DNA of 64,000 bases. It comes from Okamejei kenojei. Lineage: Eukaryota. Position 1 is the stretch's first letter. Every line of letters starts with the position of its first letter. The notes beneath the pieces were generated by a model. It had not been told where the DNA came from and did not search any database. It worked only from the letters and a program-made list of their open reading frames with translations. The DNA is taken from NCBI GenBank assembly GCA_035221665.1, contig CM069135.1, forward strand, positions 86,118,001 through 86,182,000, written 5' to 3'. The translations under genes and the position numbers were made by a program. Below, piece by piece: positions 25,241 to 36,591 of this stretch.

Positions 25241-25786
25241 TGTAGAGATTTAAAAGTGTGGAGAGATTGTAATGTGTGATTGCAGATCCGCATCTGTGAC
25301 TAGCACACAAATAGTCGCCTGGGTTGGGCACAATCTTGGATCCAGAAAAATGTTGTCACAATAGTCTCCTGCAGATCACATGCTTTGGCCTGCTCTTCAT
25401 ACCCAAAAGAACTCTTGCCAACTATTTGCACCAAACCCTTAGTGATGTTGAAGTCTGACAGCACTGCACTGTGTGCACAGCATCTGTACTTTGGCTAACG
25501 GGTTGCTGTTACATAATTCAGTAGCTCCCATTGCCCAAAGAATCAGATAAGTACTGAATGGTGCTTAAACACTTTTTTAAATACTCTGCAATGGCACATC
25601 ATTCAAAATATAAAGGAGAATAAGATGACAAACCTGGCACGTCATCAGTCTGGAGCATGGTGCAATGGAGGAGTAACTGAGTATGGAAGGCATTTGGTTT
25701 GGAAGGTTTGTGGATTGTGGATGGATTAGCTGAATTTCACAGACTGGAGGGCAACAATTACTACTGCAGGAGAGGTGAGGAAGCAG

Positions 25787-26138
25787 AGTTTAGTTTACTT
25801 TATTGTCATGTGTACTGAGGTACAGCAAAAAGCTTTTGTGTGCAAACCAGTCAGCAGAAAAACAATACATGATTATAATCAAGCCATTCATTGTGTACAG
25901 ATGAAGGAATATCGTGAATAAGGTTTGGTGGAAGATAAAGCCATTAAAGTCCAATCAAAAATAGTGTGAGGGTCTCCAATGAGGAGGATATTAGTTCAGG
26001 TCTGCTCTCTAGTGGTAGTTCAGTTTGCCTAATAGCTGAACAGAAAAACTGTCCCTGAATCTGAAGGTGTGCATTTTCACACTTCTATACCTTTTGCCCA
26101 ATGGGAGAGGGGGAGAAGAGGGAGTGGCCAGGGTGCAA
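25787..26138 (-). mobile_element. Rex1-family 3' fragment
   Basis: Homologous to 9112-9370 and to the reverse complement of 17940-18298. Confidence 0.75.
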
Positions 26139-26139
26139 C

Positions 26140-26680
26140 ACTTATCTACCTGCACATGACCCATACCCCTCCATTCACTGCATATCCATATGTCTGTCCA
26201 AAAGTCTTTTAAATGCCACTAATGTATCTGCTTCAGGCACTCATCACCCTTGTCTAAAAAAAATTGCCATGCACACCTCCTTTAAATTTTGTGCTTCTCA
26301 CCTTAAAGCTATGCCATCTAGTATTTGATTTTTCCCATCCTGGGGAAAAGAAACATAATCACAATCTTCCTATAGAACGGAAACCAGAACTACACAGAAT
26401 ATTTCAGATGCTGTCCCACTAATGTCCTATGAATCTCCAACATGACGAATTAACTCCTGTACTCAATGCCCATCTACTAACGACAAGTATGCCATATGCC
26501 TCCTCCACTATCTTATCTATCTGTGATGCATCTTTCAAGGAACTCTGTACTTGTGCTTCTCTGGTCCACAACATTCCCCAGTTCTGCCCAGTTTTAACTT
26601 CCTAAAAATACACCACTTCGCAATTGGCTGGATTAAATTATATCTGCCATATCTTTGCTCATTATTACACTTGATCTAGG
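26140..26680 (-). mobile_element. Old HER1/CR1 fragments (continue at about 26915-27000)
   Basis: Similarity to 3730-3960; GTCATCTGCAAACTT (KFADD reverse complement) near 26977. Confidence 0.65.
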
Positions 26681-26687
26681 CGCAATG

Positions 26688-26912
26688 TGCAGGAAGGAAC
26701 TGCAGATGCTGGTTTACACCGAAGATAGACACAAAATGCTGGAGCAACTCAACGGGACAGGCAGCATCTCTGGATAAAAGGAATGGGTGAAGTTTCGGGT
26801 TGAGATCCTTCTTCAGTCTGAAGAAGGGTCTCCACATGAAACGTCACCTATTCCTTCTATCCACAGATGCTGCCTGTCCTGCTGAGATAATCCAGCATTT
26901 TGTGTCTATCTT
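26688..26912. mobile_element. Inverted (fold-back) pair of PLE terminal repeats with back-to-back hammerhead motifs
   Basis: About 95-bp arms centred on CTTCTTCAG-T-CTGAAGAAG at 26817. Confidence 0.85.
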
Positions 26913-27011
26913 TGATCTAGGCCCAGCTGTAACCCTAGACAACCTTCTTTGTGTTAAGCATACTACCAATTGTGGTGTCATCTGCAAACTTGCTAATCAT
27001 GTACTTTCATG

Positions 27012-27370
27012 TATTAAGGGTTTGGACACGCTAGTGGCAGGAAACATGTTCCCAATGTTGGGGGAGTCCAGAACCAGGGGCCATAGTTTAAGAATAAGTG
27101 ATAAGCCATTTAGAACGGAGATGAGGAAACACTTTTTCTCACAGAGAGTGGTGAGTCTGTGAAATTCTCTGCCTCAGAGGGCGTTGGAGTCTGGTTCTCT
27201 GGATGCTTTCAAGAGAGAGATAGATAGAGCCCTTAGGGATAACAGAGTTAAGGGATATGGAGAGAAGATAGGAACAGGATACTGATTGTGGATGATCAGC
27301 CATGATCACATTGAATGAAGGTGCTGGCTGGAAGGATCTAATGGCCTACACCTGCACCTATTGTCCATTG
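27012..27370 (+). mobile_element. CR1 3' end
   Basis: KGLDTLVAGNMFPMLGESRTRGHSLRI…FFSQRVVSL; CR1 3' UTR. Confidence 0.9.
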
Positions 27371-27419
27371 TACTAGTCTGAAATTGCTTATTGTTTCTAT
27401 CAGGAGCAGTAATAAATGT

Positions 27420-27830
27420 TGTTGCTGCACAATTTGTGGGGTGAAGGGAGGTATGTGTGAAATTGTGAAAGATTGTGACCATCTTTTTTTATTGTACAAA
27501 CTATTAATCTTTAAAAATCAATCAGGTCACCATCAATTATTTGCAATCTTTTTTGAACAGTTGATTGCTCAGCCATTAACTGTCAACAAATTCAGATCTC
27601 AGCCCTGATGGGTAATTAACCCTCACTCGGCTTTTATGGCTAGATAAGTTGATAATCCTATTGTTTACTAATGCAATTATCTTCTTATGCAGCGCCGTAT
27701 CAAATGTTGTTTGTTAGTGCTCCGATGAATAATTACAGGTTATTTTACTATGTTGTAACTGTAACATAATTTCAAGTTGTTGATGCTGATGTGTTGATTT
27801 TTCTCTTTGTTCAAGATATTTTTCAGCAAA
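27420..27830. promoter_or_regulatory. Candidate conserved non-coding enhancer
   Basis: Repeat-free; Pbx-Hox ATCAATCA 27517-27524, Meis CTGTCA 27580-27585, TTTTATGG 27632-27639, Fox TGTTTAC 27662-27668; conservation not tested. Confidence 0.45.
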
Positions 27831-28996
27831 CAGGCTTCTCCATCAGAAGCACACTGACATAGGAAGCACGAGGAAAACAGAAGTACTTTCAACATTGATG
27901 CATCTTAGGGACAAAGGGACCTCACCTGAAAGAGCGGCATGAAAATTTAAAGGTGCGACGTTGCCACACTGGATTAAGCATTTCTCCGTCTTAGTAGTGC
28001 TGTGGTTGCTATCAGATAACTGATATAGAGACACGGATTGAATGTCACCATGACAAATTGGGAATTTATGTTTATCTAATTAAATCAATCTACAATAACA
28101 AAAAAATATTTGTTGTGGCAACCATGAAATTAAGTGGATTGCCATTAAAAACTCATTTCGTTCACTAATGTTCTTCAGGGATTGGAATCTGCCACATTTG
28201 CTCATATTGGTATGGGTATTACCCCGGAACAACGTATATTTGGCAGACTCATAAGAGCTTACCAAAATAACGTAGAAAGCCACTCAGTTGAGAAATAGAG
28301 TGGGAGTGATATCAAATGTTGGCCTTGCCAATAATATCTTTGTCCCACGAAGGAATAAAAGAAGAAAAAAGACTTTACACCAGTTGCAGCAATGAAAATA
28401 GGATAGAGATACGTTATTGAACCCAAAATGTAGTATAAAACAATCTGTTTGAAGGAACTTAGCAGGTCGAACAGCATCTGTGGAGGGAAAGGAATTGACA
28501 ACATTTTGGGTTGAGAACCTGCTTCATATCTGCATCTGCAGCACACCAAATGTTACCATTAAAGTGAATCTGCCAACTTAACTCATTCCTTTTGCACCAC
28601 CTTACATTAATTGGCATTAACTGATCTTTTTTGAACTGATGCCCCTTTTATTTCCAAATGTTGCCCTTATCCACAATCCATTCTCAAGTGGGTTTGATTT
28701 GAATGGGCAGCGTACATTAACAGATTTTGGCAAAGAAAAGCATTTACCTACGAAGTCGAGGCAAAGCACATTGTTATGACCCCTGGCTTTGAAGATGGTT
28801 ACCAATGTGTACTGTGCAGTGAGGATACGTGGGGCAGTTTGCAAAGTTTTGCAGCACCCTTCCATATTATCTGTAATTTTGTGTATATCGTATGATTATT
28901 CTACCTTTTAATGGAGCTGTGCACAATTCAAACCACTGCTATGTTAAAGGGAAGTTTGAGATACCTGGTAACTAGAAAGAAGTTAGCAACCCACGT

Positions 28997-29337
28997 CATA
29001 GAAACATAGACAATAGGTGTAGGAGTAAGCCATTCGGCTTTGAGCCAGCACCGCCATTCAATGTGATCAAGGCTGATCATCCACAATCAGCACCTCGGTA
29101 CATTCCGGTGAACCTCTCCTGCACCCTTTCCAATTTAATGACATCCTTCCTGCAACCAGAATGCCACAGTAATTGATCATTTTTCAGATGAATAGAACCC
29201 AGTTTTACAAAATCTTTAAAACTTTACCCCAGGATTCCGACTTGTACACTGATCACAGCACCAATTTAGAAGTGGGGCCACTCAATTCATCATGAAACTA
29301 CACGCAGAAACCCTTCAAAACCCATTCAACCATAGTT
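28997..29337 (-). repeat. Dispersed duplicate of 58858-59177 (CR1 tail + HER1 fragment + unique sequence)
   Basis: 52-bp exact shared run GATGAATAGAACCCAG…CCAGGATTCC and collinear flanks. Confidence 0.9.
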
Positions 29338-30849
29338 CAAGATCACGGAGTGAAAGAGAATCCAGTCACTCAGGAATAAAATATGGAGAAAAACCTTAGC
29401 TGAATGACAAGCAGACATTTCTTTCATTCTTACAATCCAGATGAGCCTTTTAATGTCTGCTGCAACAGATTTCCCCAACACTGGTTTAAGTACTGGCATG
29501 TCCCTTTAAGTAATGGGCAAACAGGCCTGTTCTTGCCTGTATTTTTATCTGTGGCCTACAAAACATTTTCGCACCAAGCACAAATACCAATGTGTCAGCA
29601 ACTTAATCAGATGTGTTGCAAGATCAATGCATCGCTATTGTGTACCCAGGTGCTTCAACCATTTGGACATCACATGCTTGGAACGTCACAAATGGAAATT
29701 TCAAAGTGGGCTCTGCATATTCTACATTTTGTGATTTAACTGCAGCACAAAATCAATCCCACAGCACTTTAACAAAAATGTTATTTCTGGAGTCTGCTGT
29801 AATTGCGCACCAGTAAAACATGCTTTAACATTCATGCTGGTGAAAACAAAAATGAAGAAACAAGTCTCGAACTTTTGGAGAATTCTTTTGAAGGGAATCA
29901 GCCTAAAGAATTGTGTTTTGGTATTGTTTGCTCGGCTGCTTGCACATGGACAGAAATGTCTTTGTAAATCACTGCTTTATAATCACTATCTTGGCTTTTG
30001 CATCGTTTCAGTCTATTTAATCACCCAGTCAAGGAAAAAGTTTGGAAGAAATACTGGGGGATGGGGAAGAAATGGTTCAATTTTAATGTTCCTTATCTCT
30101 CCAAATGGCTACGTGTGTTTATGCGTTTCAAAAATCAAAACACAATTCTCTTTTGCACTGATTGCTTTTGAATTGCCTGACATGAAAAAATGACCCGACT
30201 CAAATGCCTCACTTGAGTTGCCACTCTGCTTCCCTGAAAACCCTGGCATTGATGCGAGGAATGCATATGCTATATCGAGCACTTTATCGCAAGAGGAAAG
30301 CCAGGCTCTCCTAAGCTCAGGTACAAGGTATGGTATCATAACCAACAGCAAGCTACTTTTTTCAACTCAGCTATTATACTGCATATCCATCCTGCTGTGG
30401 AGCTTGCTCTTATAGCACCAGCTTATTGGATTGTTCCAGCTGAGCGCACCCACTTTAAGAGTTGCAAGCATCGTATCATTCACTGTGATGTGTGCAACTG
30501 CCAAGATCACACACGCTTAATGTGCGCAATGGCAGGAAAGGTCACAAATTGCACTGCTTACGTACTTGAAGCTTTGCATGTATGCATAAAGAAAAATCTT
30601 ACTCCAGTGCCTTTGGAATTGCTCCTCTGGGAAAACTCCCACGTTCAAACCTATATTTAATTAACTGATCTCAGCTTTGGCAGAAATAGATGCAGTACAA
30701 TTAGAATTGGGAAGAGGCAATTCCTCCAGAGTTCTCATACCTAATCACCCTCCAACTACTTCTGCTGGAAATAAATGGGCTTGAATACGGCAAACAAATG
30801 ACTGGCCTTTGCTGAGTTATAGAATGGTTCTATAGTAACATCAAAAAGG

Positions 30850-31350
30850 AAATAGAAAACATAAGCCATTCAGCTCCACCATTGACTAAGTTTGTGACTG
30901 ATTTTCAAGCTCAGATGCAATTTTCCTGCCCTCTCTCTACATTCCTTCATTTCTCTAAAAATCCATCTATCTTGGTTTTGATTAAAATCAACGCCTCAAC
31001 TTCCACAGCCCTCTGGGATACAACATTCCAAAGATTCAAAATCCTCTGAGTGAATAGATGTTTTCATTTCAGTTCTATACAGCCCATTTTTAATTTTGAG
31101 TTTGTGACTTCTAGTTTTAGATTCTACAGCCAGGGGCAACATCTTCTCCATTAGCGGCTGTTAAATTCTCAAGTTTTTGTACATTTCAATCTGTTTAACT
31201 CTCGTTCTTCTAAATGTTAGAGAGTATAGGCTCAATCTTCATTATCATTCACCTTGAATAAATCCTCTATAACTGCCCAACTCACGCCTCATCACATGAG
31301 AATCTGCATTTCCTCTGTGGAATATATATTCAATTTTAGATCAGTAACCA
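30850..31350 (-). mobile_element. Old CR1 3' fragment
   Basis: Degenerate similarity to 1320-1850. Confidence 0.6.
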
Positions 31351-31369
31351 AGTTCCCTGTTTTTTTTTT

Positions 31370-31668
31370 AAAGTTTTGAGATACAGCACAGAAACAGGCC
31401 CTTCAGCCCAACATGTCCTTGCCAAGAGCAATCCCCACACATTAACACTATCCTACGCACTCCAGGGACAGTTTACCATTTTACGAAAGCCAAGTAACCC
31501 ACAAACATGTATGTCTCTGGAATGTGGAAGGCAAAGGAGCACCTGGAGAAACCCATGCGGGTCACGGGGAGAAGTTAGAAACTCTGCACCGACAGCACCA
31601 TTAGTCGGGATAGAACCCGGGTTTCTGGTGCTGTAAGGTAGCAACTCTACTGCTGCACCACTGTGCAC
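31370..31668 (-). mobile_element. HE1 V-SINE, full length
   Basis: Reverse complement of head, V-domain and tail. Confidence 0.88.
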
Positions 31669-32084
31669 ATCCATTTCTCCCACTATCTCACCCCTCCCTC
31701 ACCCTCCCACCCTCACAGCTCCGTTCCACTTATATCCCTCCCTCCAGCTTTTTGTTTCACTTCTCTTGTTTATTTTGTTTCCTTTTCACCACCAGCCTTT
31801 GTCACACACTTCACCCATCTGCCAGTCAAACTTCCCTTGCCCGTATCCACACGTCACATGCCAAACTCTGTCTCGCCCCCACCTCCCTTTTGCAGCTTTC
31901 TCCTCCCTACTACAGTCAGTCTGCAGTACCTGGGGATACTCACATAGTCACAGGGAGAATGTCCAAACTTCACACTGACAGCAGCAAAGGTCACACTCAG
32001 ACCGTGGATGTGTCTCCTTGACTAATAAATGTCATCTGCCACTAAGCCATATCAACCTCAACATCAGAAAGCTCTACACCAATA

Positions 32085-32368
32085 GACCATAGACAATAGG
32101 TGCAGGAGTAGGCCATTCGCCCCTTCGAGCCAGCATCGCCATTCAATGTGATCATGGCTGATCATTCCCAATCAGTACCCCATACCTGCCTTTTCCCCAT
32201 ATCCCCTGACTCCGCTATCTTTAAGAGCCCTATTTAGCTCTCTCTTGAAAGTATCCAGAGAACTGGCCTCCACCGCCCTCTGAAGCAGAGAATTCCACGG
32301 ACTCACAACTCTGTGTGAAAAAGTGTTTCCTCGTCTCTGTTCTAAATGGCTTACCCCTTATTCTTAAC
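32085..32368 (-). mobile_element. CR1 3' end
   Basis: CAATAGGTGCAGGAGTAGGCCATTCG tail; RVVSPWNSL-like reverse frame. Confidence 0.88.
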
Positions 32369-33444
32369 CAGAACTTCAGCATTTAGTCAAGACTGTTGCT
32401 TCAGAGTAGTGCAGAGGAGACCTGCTAACAAGAATTAAATGCACTTATCTTTACATCGTCCTTTCTGTCACGTAGTTGTGGTATACTCGTAGCCCCCTGG
32501 CAACTTGAGGCGCCCATTTCAAACAGTATTTTGTTTACATTTGACTATCATAATCAAGAACAATGTAAAATGACCTCTATGGCACCACGTAAAGGCAGCA
32601 TACTTCCAACCAGACAGGGCTTGGACTCAATTTCAGTGTTCCAAAATCAGGCAGTAACTGGATGAAAAGGCAGCGTTGCTAGCAGAGGGTTTGTTTGCAC
32701 TGATCAGCATAGCACTCATGAGATTGGCAGGTTGCTTTGCTCAGTCAAAACGTAAGCAAATAATCACATCACTTCCCACTTATTATCATGTGTGCTGCTG
32801 TCTACACTCCAAAGCATCCACCTACACCTCTGCTACATCTTCAACTGCCCATTGTCAAAGGCAATGGGAGGGGGTGGAAGCGTCTACATAACAACCTCAT
32901 TAATGCTTAAAATGCTTTTCAAAACCTTATCATTTATTATGATTTATCATAGCCTCAAAATGATGCAGAGAAGCTCAAGACATACTGTACAAATAAAACA
33001 TGTACCTCTGAGCTCGGAGTGTATTCCAGTGACATTTGAACACCAGAGAACTAATCCTGGTCCCTTTTTGTTTGGAAGTCACTATTAAATGCTGTTAACT
33101 CACTAGCATTGGAATATTCACTGAAAGCTTATGATTTCTTATGAAGCCAAAGAAAAAGTTGTGAGTATTTTGTGGTTAAGTAAATTAGTGACATGACCTC
33201 CCAACCTCTATACTCAATGCTCTGACTGATGAAGGTCAATGTGCATTTTATGAACTTTTTCTTTTTTTTAAAAAAGACTGCATCAATCTAATCACTCTCG
33301 TGAAACCAATTGCATCTGGCTTGAAGGAGCATCTGCATTAGCTACAACCCCAAACATCAATCTGTCTCCAAAGATGCTGCGTACGTTTGCAGCGGTTTGT
33401 TTTTCCCTCCATATTACAGCATCACTAGTGTCGTGTGGAATAAC

Positions 33445-33644
33445 TTGGGTGTTCTCTGGTGCGTTTTCTCCAAGATCTTCTGTTTCCTCCCATACTCCAA
33501 AGATGTACAAGTGTGTAGGTTAATTGGCTTGGTATAAATGTAAATTGTCCCTCGTGTGTGTAGGACGGTGTTAGTGATCGCTGGTCAGTGTGGACTCGGT
33601 GGGCCGAAGGGCCTGCTTCCGTGCTGCACCTCTAAACTAAACTA
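33445..33644 (+). mobile_element. HE1 V-SINE 3' half
   Basis: V-domain end and TCTAAACTAAACTA tail. Confidence 0.85.
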
Positions 33645-34244
33645 GGTAGGATGGTTTGTAGTTACCTAAAATTGGAGAATTGGAGTTGCGAAGCAACCAC
33701 ACGATATATATTAAACCAGTCTGTCCCTATACCTCTTCCTTCACCTCCACTGAAGGATCCTCAGAGATTTAGAATGCCATTCGAGAATGCCTTTGGACTG
33801 CTCTTGACTTCTACCTGCGATATACATTAGCAGTGTGCTGGTTAAGGTTTATTTAGATCAATTCAACACAGTTATTCCTCCACACATTAAACACAAGGTC
33901 TTCCGTGTCTGGCAAGAGTAATCAGCACACTTCCTATAATTCTGTCTTTTCAGAATCAATCTAAAAGTCTTGCTTAAAATGTCACCTTCTCGGGTAGACA
34001 AACTGATTCCCATCGTCATAGTAACAGAAATGAGTTCAGATGTTAAGGGTGGTGATAGGGATTTTTTAAAATAAAAGTCTCACATGTAAATGGACTCTTT
34101 TTCTAAAATGACATTTCAAAAGCAATATTACTGCAGCAAATCTAATGGGAGCAGATAGGGAGATTGTCTGCCACACCTGCTTGTAGTTAAATGTCTTTCC
34201 ATTCCATTTCCCAGTCATTAAAACAGGGATTACAAGTTATAGGG

Positions 34245-34335
34245 TACACAAAAGGCTGGAGAAACTCAGCGGGTTCAGCAGCATCTAAGGAGCGAAGGAG
34301 ATAGGCGACGTTTCGGGTCGAGACCCTTCTTCAGA
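34245..34335 (-). mobile_element. PLE terminal-repeat fragment
   Basis: GCTGGAGAAACTCAGCGGG…GCAGCATC…GACGTTTCGGGTCGAGACCCTTCTTCAG. Confidence 0.8.
34307..34334 (-). ncRNA. Minimal type-I hammerhead ribozyme core (best-preserved copy)
   Basis: CUGAAGA-A-GGGUC-UC-GACCC-GAAA-CG-UC. Confidence 0.65.
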
Positions 34336-35580
34336 GTTACAAGTTACAATCTTATTACAAGTTATAGGATTGTGACTCTGCAGGCAATGTTAAGCAACAA
34401 ACTCATGTTAAGCAACAAACCCATGGGAAAATCTCCCATAGAATCAAAGCACAACACATTCTCAATGGGTCAGGAAAACACATGTTTTCATTTTAACTCT
34501 GCCCCCTTTCTATGACCTACATGAGGAACATTTAAACCTTCAGTATAGCTTATAAGAAGTTTCAATTGGGGTCAATTTCATAAATTTAAAGCAAATCGAC
34601 AGCTGGTGTTCTTCACTCACTCTGGGAGTGCCAGAAACAGAGCTGCCATCAGAAAAGCTAATTGATTAAGTAAGGCAATTGTGGACAGTGATTTCCTGTT
34701 GCAGATATTTCCTGTGGTCAGAAGTTTCCTGTTGCAGGAATTTCCTCCAGAACTTTTAATTGATATATATCCCAGTTACATATACCACAAGGAAGAAAAA
34801 TGTAAAAGAAAGTAAAACCAAATTACAAAAAATTAAGATAGTCTGAATATGAACCTGAAAAGAAAATGATGAATCATTTCAATGGCTAATGTATCAAAAT
34901 CCTGTTTTTTGATATTATTTGATAGAGGAGTTAAAACATTAAGATAATACAGATTGCAATATAAATAAAATATGTAGGAAGGAACTTGAGATGTTGGTTT
35001 GCAGAAAAGATAGACACAAAAAGCTGAAGAGTCAGGCATTCTTACAATAATATCAACAATCGTCACCTCGCCTGATATCTAATAAAAGCAGTAGAAATAA
35101 AAAGTCAATTTATATTATTAATGGTTATAGTTCTTCATTGAATAGGACAGGAGAAAATGGCCAACAACATTAAAAAAATACTCAGTGTAGGAGCCATTTA
35201 TGTTTAGGCTAGCTACTGTTGGCATGTTATATTATTTTGTCCAGATAGATCTTGCAGTATTATTTTGGACACATGGGGCGGTCATCAGATGCACAGAGGG
35301 GCATCTATATATATGCATAGTGAACAGGGAGGAGCATACCAGACACAGGGAGGGAGAGCATACAGTTCTCACCAGACCGTGGAGAACAGCTAGCTACAAT
35401 GCATGCAGAATAAGGAAAACCTGGTATGTTCATCTCTTTGTTTGTACAACTACTTCAATAAAGAACTGGAAATAACGGCTGGAAAATCTGTTCTATTTGG
35501 TCTGCATAAGATCATTCCTGCTTACCTGTGTAGTAATAGCAAAGGAAAGTTGGATGCTGGAAGAGTCAGAAATTTGCCAT

Positions 35581-35675
35581 TACACTCAGAAAGAAATTAT
35601 AACATAAAAGTATGTGTGGATAAAAGCCACTACACTCAGAAAGAAATTATAACATAAAAAGATGTGTGGATAAAA
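35581..35675 (+). repeat. 50-bp tandem duplication
   Basis: TACACTCAGAAAGAAATTATAACATAAAA…ATGTGTGGATAAAA twice. Confidence 0.92.
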
Positions 35676-36591
35676 CTTAAAATTAGTGAACTTAAAAGTA
35701 GTCAACATTATAAATAGAAAACAATTGAATTCACAATTTATAAATAATCATTAATGTGCTAGTGAGGGAGTAAAACATTGTTACCCTTTACTGACCAGCC
35801 ATTGTGTATTATTTTTTTTCATATGGCGGAAGTGGTCAAATGCTTAATCATGGTGATTTTCCACTTCTATTCCTACCAGATTGCACATTTCTGTTTGTTT
35901 GTTTTAGTACGAGAGCAAATCCATGTAACACCTTGCATCCATATTTTTTCTTAAAATTAGTCAACCACTAAGAAAGCGCAGGTTTGCTTGATCTGTGGAT
36001 GTTGGTTTCGCTAGCACTGAACCTTATTTCTTTTTAAATGTAGTTTAAATTTAGTTGAGTTGCAGTTATTGCATTTTCATTGGTGTAAAACATCATTGCA
36101 AAAGAGCCCAATGACCTTTGATCAAAATCTTCCAAGGTCCACCATTTGCACAACCCTGTTCAAGGCAGGAGGCTTATTAGAAAACATTGCATTTTCTCTT
36201 CATAATTTCAATTGGAATATCCTGTACTCTGATGTCAAACGATCAAATTTAGTTGGTTTTTCAGTCATTTAAAAAAACAAAATCACATGCTGCGATTTAA
36301 AAATTGTTACTTGCTAATATTTTAGTTAGATTTGTGTAATGATGTTGCCTATTGCAAATTAAATATTTAAAACTTCAATTTCAATATTTAATTTAACTGC
36401 GAAAAAACTACAAGGAGTGAGGAAATGTTTTATATGTATTTCTGAAATAACGGTATCGGAACAGCAATCTTTCTTTGTTATTTGAAAACCTTCTCGGTAA
36501 TCACCATTAATTTCAGAGATTGTATCTTGTGACAAATATCAGTGGGGATGCAGCAACTATATGGACACAAGGACCTTCAGCAGGGTTCAGC

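Noticed and set aside
30218-30330. Possible exon ending at CAG|GTACAAG
   Set aside because: No clear acceptor site or recognisable protein; cannot be supported without RNA data
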